DNA of 44,190 nt from Octopus bimaculoides. Taxonomy: Eukaryota. A program made the position numbers and the translations under genes. Below the pieces are notes generated by a model. It saw only the letters and a list, made by a program, of their open reading frames with translations. It searched no databases and was not told the DNA's origin. Below are positions 1 to 11,211 of the stretch, piece by piece (the stretch's first letter is position 1; the number at the start of each line of letters is the position of its first letter). The stretch is from the NCBI RefSeq assembly GCF_001194135.2, contig NC_069002.1:1020079-1064268 (forward strand), written 5' to 3'.

Positions 1-23
1 ATATATATATATATATATGTATG

Positions 24-55
<32 letters not shown>

Positions 56-1639
56 AGTGAAAGAGTGGGTCGGCGGTTGTGTACACCCTCATAAAAACAT
101 ACATATATAAATACATACATACACGAGTGCCTGTCCACACACGCATATTTCTATATCCGTGTCTATCTCTCTACATATGTTTATATATATATATATGTGT
201 GTATATACATATGTGTGTGTGTGTGTGTGTGTGTATGCGCATGTGTGGGTGTATAAATATATACGTGGTGGCGTGTCTGTGCATTAGTATACCGTAAATG
301 CATATTTTCATACATGTCATGCGCAAACCATTTTAAAATATATTTTAAATATATTTTAAACATATAATAAATGTTTACTTAAAGCAATTCCAATTCCTAA
401 ATATGGAAGAAAACAGGAAACAATAAATAGCAAACATATATTTCTGTATACACACACAAAAAAAGTAAAGTACTCAATGCCTATATATATATATGTTTTA
501 AATTTGAAACGTTTATAAGTCAAATGCATGCCTTGCAGACATAAACGAGACTGTCTCTACATGTCACATCATACACACTTGCACAAACAACGCGTATGCT
601 CTAGAACTTGTATACGTGCAATTATATGCATACAGAAGTTTCATACACACACACGCACACACACACACACACATATATATATATACGCGCACACACATAT
701 ACATACATAGCATATNNNNNNNNNNNNNNNNNNNNNNNNNNNNNNNNNNNNNNNNNNNNNNNNNNNNNNNNNNNNNNNNNNNNNNNNNNNNNNNNNNNNN
801 NNNNNNNNNNNNNNNNNNNNNNNNNNNNNNNNNNNNNNNNNNNNNNNNNNNNNNNNNNNNNNNNNNNNNNNNNNNNNNNNNNNNNNNNNNNNNNNNNNNN
901 NNNNNNNNNNNNNNNNNNNNNNNNNNNNNNNNNNNNNNNNNNNNNNNNNNNNNNNNNNNNNNNNNNNNNNNNNNNNNNNNNNNNNNNNNNNNNNNNNNNN
1001 NNNNNNNNNNNNNNNNNNNNNNNNNNNNNNNNNNNNNNNNNNNNNNNNNNNNNNNNNNNNNNNNNNNNNNNNNNNNNNNNNNNNNNNNNNNNNNNNNNNN
1101 NNNNNNNNNNNNNNNNNNNNNNNNNNNNNNNNNNNNNNNNNNNNNNNNNNNNNNNNNNNNNNNNNNNNNNNNNNNNNNNNNNNNNNNNNNNNNNNNNNNN
1201 NNNNNNNNNNNNNNNNNNNNNNNNNNNNNNNNNNNNNNNNNNNNNNNNNNNNNNNNNNNNNNNNNNNNNNNNNNNNNNNNNNNNNNNNNNNNNNNNNNNN
1301 NNNNNNNNNNNNNNNNNNNNNNNNNNNNNNNNNNNNNNNNNNNNNNNNNNNNNNNNNNNNNNNNNNNNNNNNNNNNNNNNNNNNNNNNNNNNNNNNNNNN
1401 NNNNNNNNNNNNNNNNNNNNNNNNNNNNNNNNNNNNNNNNNNNNNNNNNNNNNNNNNNNNNNNNNNNNNNNNNNNNNNNNNNNNNNNNNNNNNNNNNNNN
1501 NNNNNNNNNNNNNNNNNNNNNNNNNNNNNNNNNNNGTGTGTATGTGTGTATGTATGTATGTATGTATGTATGCATGCAAGTATGCATATATCGATGTGTG
1601 CGTTTATTTTCATGGAATCTAGTGATGGTCCGACGTAAC

Positions 1640-1830
1640 TCGCTTGCTTTTGCTTTTCTCTAGAGAATCAAGGTATGTTTTCCTGAGTCATATCTGCTAC
1701 GAGTCGCTTCTCTTCAAAATGGGTGAGTGCATACTTCTGCTCACAGCTCCCCTGGGGCCGCAACCCTCTTACCATTTCCACTCCATATAGGTACACATAG
1801 GTCATTCGGGATTAGACAAATCTACTTTGC
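1640..1830 (-). mobile_element. Decayed RTE-clade LINE ORF2 C-terminal fragment
   Basis: Minus-strand manual translation gives LYGVEMVRGLRPQGSCEQKY...FEEKRL, resembling the RTE post-RT motif LYGELxxGxRPxGxxxxRYKD. Stops and frameshifts are present. Recognised by eye only. Confidence 0.45.
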
Positions 1831-1961
1831 TGAAAGTTAAACGACGACATTCGACCAAGAATATGCATCTCCAGTGTTTCTTTTTTCTTGGTGTGTGGGT
1901 ATGTGTATGTTTATGCGTGTATATGGACGTGTGCGTACGGCTGGTTTATATATGAATGTAT

Positions 1962-2061
<100 letters not shown>

Positions 2062-2735
2062 GGTCATATAAGTAGCGCAGAATTTTCTGAACNNNNNNNN
2101 NNNNNNNNNNNNNNNNNNNNNNNNNNNNNNNNNNNNNNNNNNNNNNNNNNNNNNNNNNNNNNNNNNNNNNNNNNNNNNNNNNNNNNNNNNNNNNNNNNNN
2201 NNNNNNNNNNNNNNNNNNNNNNNNNNNNNNNNNNNNNNNNNNNNNNNNNNNNNNNNNNNNNNNNNNNNNNNNNNNNNNNNNNNNNNNNNNNNNNNNNNNN
2301 NNNNNNNNNNNNNNNNNNNNNNNNNNNNNNNNNNNNNNNNNNNNNNNNNNNNNNNNNNNNNNNNNNNNNNNNNNNNNNNNNNNNNNNNNNNNNNNNNNNN
2401 NNNNNNNNNNNNNNNNNNNNNNNNNNNNNNNNNNNNNNNNNNNNNNNNNNNNNNNNNNNNNNNNNNNNNNNNNNNNNNNNNNNNNNNNNNNNNNNNNNNN
2501 NNNNNNNNNNNNNNNNNNNNNNNNNNNNNNNNNNNNNNNNNNNNNNNNNNNNNNNNNNNNNNNNNNNNNNNNNNNNNNNNNNNNNNNNNNNNNNNNNNNN
2601 NNNNNNNNNNNNNNNNNNNNNNNNNNNNNNNNNNNNNNNNNNNNNNNNNNNNNNNNNNNNNNNNNNNNNNNNNNNNNNNNNNNNNNNNNNNNNNNNNNNN
2701 NNNNNNNNNNNNNNNNNNNNNNNNNNNNNNNNNNN

Positions 2736-2770
<35 letters not shown>

Positions 2771-2789
2771 TAGCGAAAAATGCACTGAA

Positions 2790-2960
2790 TCATCTCCCAT
2801 TTCCGTTCCAGTATGTTTCAACATTGTCTCATGGAATGAAACAATTTCGTTGTTGAGGTTTGACTTCACATGACGGGATCGAAGATGTTCCAGGGGCTCA
2901 GCTAACCAGGGTTAAAAGTTCGGTGCTAGCTGTCTGTCAGTTAATCAGACTATTGGTACC
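2790..2960 (-). mobile_element. Decayed RTE-clade LINE ORF2 fragment, upstream part of the 1640-1830 piece
   Basis: Minus strand with frameshifts reads roughly AE(P)WNIF..RHVK...FH.MRQC*NILERKWE, resembling RTE ETWTLYxRHxKxLxxFHMRCLRxILxIKWQD. Order and strand are collinear with the 1640-1830 piece. Confidence 0.45.
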
Positions 2961-3264
2961 ATGGAAGACACAAAAAAAAAAAAAAAAACTACCCGACGTG
3001 TGAAGGAAGTCAATTTATTTTATTGAAGGAAGGAAACTGCGTTTCACAGCATGGAAAAAAAAAAATATTTCATCGTCAAACAAACTTACGTACACATATA
3101 TACGCATACATGCATGTACATATACACACATTCACATTCATATATACGCATATGCACATCCATATCCATATTCATACATATACATATCAATATCTATCTT
3201 TATGTTTGTCTGTCTGTCTGTCTGTCTCTTTCTTTCTCTCTCTCTCTTTCTGCCTGTCTGTCTC

Positions 3265-3300
<36 letters not shown>

Positions 3301-3751
3301 TGTGTTTACACACACACAAAACACGCATATAGCACTACTTCTATATGAAGAACGAAAGAAAGTCCTTCCTACATGGTCTTTGATTCGTTTGATATAGCAG
3401 TCAAATCTCCCTTAAATTGCAGCAACGAAAGAAGGAATCATCGAGAGTGAAAGAAGAAACATGACAGAGCATTTGGTAAACAGCAACGAAGGACGTGTAA
3501 AGATTCCCATTTGGTGTACACAGCAGAATTCATCAAAGAATGAGCTCAGGTCTTTGAAAATATGGAATATAGTGTAACTTTCCAATAAAAACAGCAATCC
3601 GTTGCTAACACAAAATACTAGATGGAACAAGCTACAAAAGTCATGTGATCTTCTAAACGTTAAATAAATATGCCGGGGAAAAGTGAGGAGACAATATATT
3701 TGGTGAATTAATGTACAGCTTCTAACTCTTGTACATAAAGGACAAAGACAG

Positions 3752-4028
3752 CTTTTATTCATGAATGACCATGCCGTTGCACATAAAAAGTACCCCTTCA
3801 AGGTACTAGTCTTGAAGGGGTACTTTATGGAAGATCAGCAGTCACCCATTCATACCAGCTTCCTCCCTCCACACCACTGATGTTATCCAAGGGAAAGGCA
3901 AAGGGGCCGAAACAGCTTTGCACCAGCCATGTTGCAACTCCTTTCTAGAACTGAATGTTCTGGAGCATCGTGAATTACAGCGTCTTGTTCAAGAACACCA
4001 TACACAACTCTGTCCGGGAATCGAACTC
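3752..4028 (-). mobile_element. tRNA-derived SINE (family A), 5'-truncated
   Basis: Reverse strand begins GAGTTCGATTCCCGG (B-box), then TGTTCTTGAACAAGAC (CORE-like). The head and core match the copies at 17244, 19165 and 30780 within the window. Confidence 0.85.
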
Positions 4029-4419
4029 TTGCACCTACGTAATAAATTGTTATCTGTATCTATTATCATAGCGGCACTGCGCTATGTTACAACGGATTTA
4101 CATAAAATCGTGAGAACATTGAAATGTTTTCAATTAAGAACGGAGCAAACTGACGTGCATCCTCAAAACACAGGAGTGAAGTAACCAAAGAAAATTTGTT
4201 CACCAATTTAAGGATTCTCGGTAATAATTTCGTGCAATAATCATGTTTAAACGATCAGAACTTTGCCACTGGTATGCTTACATTGACATGACAAAAATAT
4301 AACACACATGAAAAGTAGTAGTCAAAAATGGTGACGAATATATTTACTAGTATGTATATGGTTTTTCTCGTTACGTATTTCAGCGTGTGTGTTTATACAC
4401 GGGAATATAATTATATATA

Positions 4420-4453
4420 TACATATATATATATATGGAAATATATATATATG

Positions 4454-4530
<77 letters not shown>
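4420..4530. repeat. (AT)n microsatellite
   Basis: Directly visible long dinucleotide run. Confidence 0.95.
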
Positions 4531-6051
4531 ATATATGCATAATACATATACGTATACGTACACACACACGCACACACACACATATAAATATATTATATAT
4601 ATATATACATATGTATGACTACGTATACGAGTACATTATGCATATGAATATATACATTTATATACATATTTACACATGTGTGTGCGCGTGTGAAAGTGTG
4701 CGTGTGACTATGCATTTGTGTGCATGTGTTTAAGTGCGTGTGCCTGGTTTTTGCGTTCCATATGCGTCTATGACTGCAAATGTTTGTGAGTATGTCGGAC
4801 ATATACAATTCACAGACAACAATAATACACAATAATAGTATAAAATGAAAAAAGTACCAACAGTAAACAAAAATACTATGTATATATATANNNNNNNNNN
4901 NNNNNNNNNNNNNNNNNNNNNNNNNNNNNNNNNNNNNNNNNNNNNNNNNNNNNNNNNNNNNNNNNNNNNNNNNNNNNNNNNNNNNNNNNNNNNNNNNNNN
5001 NNNNNNNNNNNNNNNNNNNNNNNNNNNNNNNNNNNNNNNNNNNNNNNNNNNNNNNNNNNNNNNNNNNNNNNGATCTATAAATGCATATCTATCTATCTAT
5101 ATATATATATGTGTGTGTATGTGTACATATATAAATGTATGAGTATATGCACACACATACATACAGCAAATATGTATAATTTTAAATAAACTTTTTCAAT
5201 TCTTTTTTAATAGTTTATAGTTTTTATTGTCGTTCTGTTAGTGTTAATATTGTTGGTGCTGTTTACATACGGCTTTATATATTGCCGTTTCCTAAATAAT
5301 AATACATTATTTCTTTTGTTGTTGTGGTTGTTGCTGTTGTTTTGTATATTTTATGCCGGTGTTTCTTGTAGTTCTTTTTTTATGTTTACTTTTTTGTGTG
5401 CTTCTGTGCAATTTTCGTGTTGTTTTCAATCGGACTGTCAACTACCAGTGGTAAACATGGAGGATGTATTCCCGTGTGTCCGCCATTTTGGTTTTAGATA
5501 TAAAGGACGAAACGAAACCGCTATACGACAGACTCAAGGGAAAAGTTGTATGAAATAGTTTTATGTGTTGTATACATGCTACACGCTATGCACTATATGT
5601 TATATTCTATTTCCGCATATATATGTGTGAATTGTGTGTACGTGTGTGCTTATGTATATATATAAGTATTTTAACTTATTTATATTTATGTATAGACACG
5701 TATATCATATGTTATATACGTGTATATATATATATAGAAAGAGAGAGACATGCACATGAATAAGCACCCCTACCCACANNNNNNNNNNNNNNNNNNNNNN
5801 NNNNNNNNNNNNNNNNNNNNNNNNNNNNNNNNNNNNNNNNNNNNNNNNNNNNNNNNNNNNNNNNNNNNNNNNNNNNNNNNNNNNNNNNNNNNNNNNNNNN
5901 NNNNNNNNNNNNNNNNNNNNNNNNNNNNNNNNNNNNNNNNNNNNNNNNNNNNNNNNNNNNNNNNNNNNNNNNNNNNNNNNNNNNNNNNNNNNNNNNNNNN
6001 NNNNNNNNNNNNNNNNNNNNNNNNNNNNNNNNNNNNNNNNNNNNNNNNNNN

Positions 6052-6093
<42 letters not shown>

Positions 6094-6100
6094 ACAACTC

Positions 6101-6146
6101 GGTGTTTCCGGAAACTTTATACGTGACACGAAACTCTGAGTAGCAA
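6101..6146 (+). ncRNA. Partial (3' half) hammerhead ribozyme relic, probably from a Penelope-like pseudo-LTR
   Basis: GTGT(6102-05)...ACAC(6126-29) stem II closure, then GAAAC-TCTGA-GTA (6130-6142). The CUGANGA half is missing. Confidence 0.4.
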
Positions 6147-7058
6147 GGGAAGGAATAACGAGGTGTTTCCTAATAAATAAAAATTATTTTACGTCCTTTG
6201 TTTATCGTTCTTTCACACGTTTATAACTATATATGTGTGTGTGTGTGTGTCTTTGTACATGTATGTATGTATGTATGTATGTATGTATGTATGTATGTAC
6301 GTATGTATGCGTGTGTGTGAGTATTTGTATTTAGATATATACATGTATCAGTGTCATATATGTATATATATATATAGAAAGAGAGAGACATGCACATGAA
6401 TAAGCACCCCTACCCACAGGCACACCCATGCACGCACACATACACACACACATACATACACACACACTCACACACACATACTAACACATACATATAAACA
6501 CGCCCAATAGCTGTATATAGTCGTGTGGTGGACGACTAGAGTCAACACAATGGTTCCGCTTTTTACTAAGAACTGAAAATTATTCAGAGATACATTAGGC
6601 CGATACCGCCATTCCTGTTAAAGCAACGGAAAGTATGCCGACAACACAGAGTTCGAATACTGGTGGTGCCTAAATAAATTTATAAAATTCATTAATCATT
6701 CTAAGCGAATTTGACTATTGAAGTTAAAATTTCTCAATTGCTTCTGTTATAGTGGGCAAGGAAATACAACTTTTTCGTAAATTCAACTTGTCTTAAAAGG
6801 AAAAAACAATTTCAGTATGTATAACGCAATGCTAAATTGAAAGACCTTAACAATAATTACTTCCATGCTTTACAGTATTCATCAGAAAAAGAGGTCTGAT
6901 TATGGAAGCATTATTGATATCGCGACGTATGTTTGCAATAAACAGATAACATATACTCGTGGAAACTTGATCATGTTCAGACAGGAAATTTAGTCTAAAT
7001 ATAAGGCTTTCATATAACATGGACAGAAACCCCAACCGCTCCAGCTCCTGAAAATAAA

Positions 7059-7198
7059 GCTGGAAACGTTGGCACGCTGGGCGAAATGCTTAGCGGTATT
7101 TCGTCTGTCTTTACGTTCAGAGTTTAAATTCCGACGAGGAAGACTTTGTCCTTCATCCTTTCAGCGTCGATAAATTACTTACCAGTTGCGTACTGGGT
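7059..7198 (+). mobile_element. tRNA-derived SINE (family B)
   Basis: GCTGGAAACGTTGGCACGCTGGGCGAAATGCTTAGCGGTATTTCG...GAGTTTAAATTCCGACGAGG...GTCGATAAATTACTTACCAGTTG. Matches the copies at 26497 (+) and 29200 (-). Confidence 0.85.
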
Positions 7199-7254
7199 AG
7201 GCCTTACTTCCACACACACCAGCTTAATTTAATTCGTCCTTAGTCGAAAGACAC

Positions 7255-7535
7255 CTGTTGTTATGTCCTGTTATTTGTATTTGTGTAACATTCTCCGCCT
7301 TTTTCCGTCCTCGTTTTCATATACATTCGCTGCTTTCTTCCAAGGAATGGGGTTGGCTAGATTAGAGCAATCTCGAGTATAACCAGCCGAAATTGCAAAG
7401 ATAATTTGGAACTAGACTGAGGAAAGAAAGCTCCGAATGACCCGTCCTTGTTTTCTTTGTATCGTCTATTTGGATGTTTGTTGTCCCTTTTATGTATCAT
7501 CTAACTGTCTGAATGTTTTGCGTTCTTGTCCCATT
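7255..7535. repeat. Unclassified interspersed repeat, about 280 bp (possible solo LTR or pseudo-LTR)
   Basis: Higher-complexity block bounded by a SINE and a (TA)n run. No second copy in the window; classification is inference. Confidence 0.35.
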
Positions 7536-7536
7536 T

Positions 7537-7538
<2 letters not shown>

Positions 7539-7602
<64 letters not shown>
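7539..7602. repeat. (AT)n microsatellite
   Basis: Directly visible. Confidence 0.95.
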
Positions 7603-7607
<5 letters not shown>

Positions 7608-7960
7608 AGCTGTATATGCATGTATATGAATATACATTCAATTACAAAAACATGATATCTACACATATGCTAATGCATACATGTATATGTATACACCAAC
7701 GTGTGATTCTGTCTTTCTATCTATCTATCTATCTATACACACACGCAAATATTTTTTGTATACTTATACACATACACGAATTAATTTATAGGTAATAGAT
7801 ATGCAATTTTATGCGTGTGAGTATATATATGTATACATATACATGTATGTATATATATATTTATATACATATACGCGATATATACATATATATAATATGT
7901 ATATAAATATAATATGTATATATATATATATATATATATACATGCTTTGATGTATGTATG

Positions 7961-7994
<34 letters not shown>

Positions 7995-8884
7995 TTCTCC
8001 GTAAGTATATTTGCTCTTGGTATACTTTATATCATATGCCATTTCTAATCATAACCCAACCCTAAAAAATAAAAAAAAAAGAATAACAAAACACAAAAGC
8101 TAAAATGTATAGAAACCAAATATAAAGACAACCACAGAGAATATAAAAAACAAAAGCCCCTTCGCCGCTCCCCCCCTCCAAACTCCGTTTTGCCACATGT
8201 CCTTGACATAATCCGTCTATTGACTTCATATCGTCCGTCATATGGTTATTTAATTTTTTTTATAGCGCCAAACACTTCAAGGCGAAGAATAGAAGCGAAT
8301 TCTTGAGAGCGAGCCAAATACAAGAAAACCCAACTGAATAGAGAACAGACTCAAAGAAGGTATTCCAGGGCGCCAGACCTCCATCAAACAGGGTGGTCCT
8401 TCGGTGGTATCTCAGTTTGTCTCAAGCATAACCATGAAACTATAACAGACCTCTCTATAAGAAGCACATTTACGTATTAGTGTTTATATGAGTATGTGTG
8501 TGTGTGTGTGTATACACGCAAACACACATACACATATATATATAGATATTTGCATGCGCTTATGTATGTACGCATGTGTATGTGTATGTATGTAAGTATG
8601 TATAGAAAACTTGCACATGGCATTCATATTTGTATTGTGTATATGTGTGGATATCGTGACGAATATAGTATCCAAGTGAAAATATATATCTCATGCTAGT
8701 GTATCAGAACTATATGCGCACATCAACGGTAATATGTATAAACATATAATACGCGTACACACACAGACACACAGACGTTCACAAACACACACTCACACAC
8801 ACACACGCACGCACACGCACACACACATGAAAGTACATGAACATAGAAATATATATACTTACCTATATGTATATGTATATATGT

Positions 8885-8944
<60 letters not shown>

Positions 8945-9179
8945 AGCCAGCCAATCATACATACATACATAAATACATACATTCATTCATATATATCTAT
9001 ATATTCATCAACGATGTTTCCAGGGGCATCGTTTAGCGTTTCATATCTTCCAACAATGAGACAAGTAACCCCTGCCAGGTTGATCAAGCCCCAAATATCC
9101 AAGTTGTTCTTACCCAAATGTCACTGACCCTTCCAGGGTTAAACTGTATCCCCCATCCCATCCCCGCATGATTTCCAAT

Positions 9180-9316
9180 TAGTTTCGTCCAACCAGTTAT
9201 TACTCACATGCTGCTAATGAACGTGAAGCTATACTACATGACACTTACTCAAAGTACAACTTGGAGGCGGTTGAACCCACCACCAGGTGGCTTCACGATT
9301 TAAACTTCTTGACCAC
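9180..9316 (-). mobile_element. Diverged SINE (family C) 5' half
   Basis: Reverse complement aligns by eye to 11212-11370 and 30985-31143 (GTGGT.AAGAAG.TT...GGGTTCA...GAGTAAGTGTC). Confidence 0.6.
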
Positions 9317-9916
9317 TATATGACTCAATCAGCAAATCAAAATTGATTGATCTTCTATGTTTATTTGCTTCGATGACGCCAAACGCAACGACATGTTGTA
9401 AACGCTTCCATTGATCTTCATCTTAAACTAGCAAAACTCAATCAAATTCTGCTTACATTAGACATTCCTAGTTCATTACGATCAATTAGGCAGAAATGAA
9501 TGTTATTAATTAGAGAGATTACACGTTATACTTCTATGATATCATTTCATTAACCTCTGTTGAGTGCATTAGTTTATATGGCAGTTATTCAGACATCTGC
9601 ACCAAATGGCGTGTCTAGAAATTTGTATATCTATGTGGATTTCATTTGTCAAATTTTTCCGGCGAACACGGTAACCTTAGCATGTTATACACGCATTGTT
9701 CTTTCACAATTTTTGAGTTATATTGACGTATTTTAGAAATATCAGCAATAATAATTAGTACTCTGGGGTACATGAAGACATTAACTAATTATCTATCTCG
9801 AAGGACAAATGAAAACCATAGAAAATATGATTTGTGTATTCATGTCTGTATATAAATGTTCGTTGGTAGAGTTGAATGAGAGCGAAGTAGCATAACCTGG
9901 ACATAAATGGAAAAGT

Positions 9917-9952
9917 CTTTGACGTTTCGAACCTACGTTCTTTGACAGAAAA
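9917..9952 (-). ncRNA. Decayed minimal type I hammerhead ribozyme
   Basis: Minus strand: UUUU CUGUCAAA GAAC-GUAG-GUUC GAAAC GUC AAAG. Stems I and II and GAAAC/GUC are intact; the CUGANGA core is mutated. Confidence 0.6.
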
Positions 9953-10005
9953 TGATGAGAGGAAAAGATGGGTAGTGAGAGAAAGTAACACGTTCATAGT
10001 TCCAC

Positions 10006-10035
<30 letters not shown>

Positions 10036-10038
<3 letters not shown>

Positions 10039-10146
10039 CTCAGTATGAAAAAACCTTCTTCGGTAAAAAACATTTATAATCATAAATATATAGGGATTGA
10101 CAGTAACCTGCTTCTCCAACATAGAAGGTTTTTTCATACTGAGCTA
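10036..10146. mobile_element. Short element bounded by a perfect 24-bp inverted repeat (MITE-like or inverted-tail remnant)
   Basis: TAGCTCAGTATGAAAAAACCTTCT (10036-10059) is the exact reverse complement of AGAAGGTTTTTTCATACTGAGCTA (10123-10146); 63-bp spacer. Confidence 0.65.
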
Positions 10147-10459
10147 CCCGGCAAAATTGTTAATTATTAATTTTATTACTAATTGACGATTCCCTGCCCT
10201 GCATATCTNNNNNNNNNNNNNNNNNNNNNNNNNNNNNNNNNNNNNNNNNNNNNNNNNNNNNNNNNNNNNNNNNNNNNNNNNNNNNNNNNNNNNNNNNNNN
10301 NNNNNNNNNNNNNNNNNNNNNNNNNNNNNNNNNNNNNNNNNNNNNNNNNNNNNNNNNNNNNNNTATATATATATATATGAAGTAGCACATAAATGCAAAA
10401 CAAGGTAGAAAAATTAGTACTCGAATACCGAGGCTAGAGCAATATCCTTTTCTATTTTG

Positions 10460-10596
10460 GCTGCGAAGACATTACGAAAAACTGTTACTTAGAGTTTCGC
10501 GTTCCCGCTCGTCGGACATTTGTGATCAAGACTTGATCGCAATTGTTTGACGAACGTGAAATTCTGTGCCCCAGATTTTTGTGGTATTTTTGCAGC
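10460..10596. mobile_element. Imperfect foldback (about 70 + 65 bp arms), Penelope-like pseudo-LTR fragments in inverted orientation
   Basis: Centre GATCAAG-A-CTTGATC (10524-10538). Arms align by eye out to GCTGC (10460) and GCAGC (10596). Each arm carries an HHR motif. Confidence 0.7.
10483..10518 (-). ncRNA. Minimal type I hammerhead ribozyme, U4C core variant
   Basis: Minus strand: UGU CCGACGA GCG-GGAA-CGC GAA ACU-CUA-AGU A ACA. All three stems pair; the cleavage triplet is GUA. Confidence 0.7.
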
Positions 10597-11211
10597 TTTA
10601 ATATAAAAACCATGTGTATAAATACATAGATAGATACACGCATGCATACACACAGAAATGCATACGTACACACGTAAATATGCATGTGTGTGTGTTTACA
10701 TATGTATATATGTATATGCCTCTGTGTGTGTGTGCGTATATATATGTACATACACAGACAGACAGAGAAGCATACATACACATACTCATGCGCGCACTCA
10801 CACACACACACACGTATCATTTCTATTTGTATTGATAATGATCCTATTCTTTTTATAAGTAAAAATAATAAAACATTAAAAAAGAAATTTTGAGGAAGTC
10901 GATAACATTCATATTAAGAGAAACTTTAGATTCTGTTTGTTTAAAACAGATATCGGTAACAAAACCGCACATATTGGACCACTAACTGCTGGTGGTATCA
11001 ACCTACATTGCCACACACACACACACACACATGCACAGACAAACACAAGCGTAGAAACACAAACGTACACTGAAACATGCACACACATACACACACAGAG
11101 TGAGATGGAATATGGGGAAAAGGTAGGGACTGTCGGATTGATATCTGAAAGGAAATATGGACAGATGAGGGCAGAGGACGGAATACTGACCTGGTTATTA
11201 TAGAAAGGAGA

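Noticed and set aside
3787-3826. loxP/FRT-like recombinase site (inverted arms with an 8-bp asymmetric spacer)
   Set aside because: The geometry is coincidental: it lies within a SINE body, has no partner site, and no recombinase is nearby.
3918-4184. 88-aa ORF with ordinary composition
   Set aside because: Non-ATG start, and the first third is the antisense strand of a SINE.
7410-7450. CTGAGGA...CGAAT...GTC as an intact hammerhead
   Set aside because: GAAA is GAAT and stems I and II do not pair; kept only as a low-interest note on the host repeat.
8265-8360. Plus-strand exon (good acceptor TTTTTTATAG, donor AAG/GTATT)
   Set aside because: Stop codons in all three frames.
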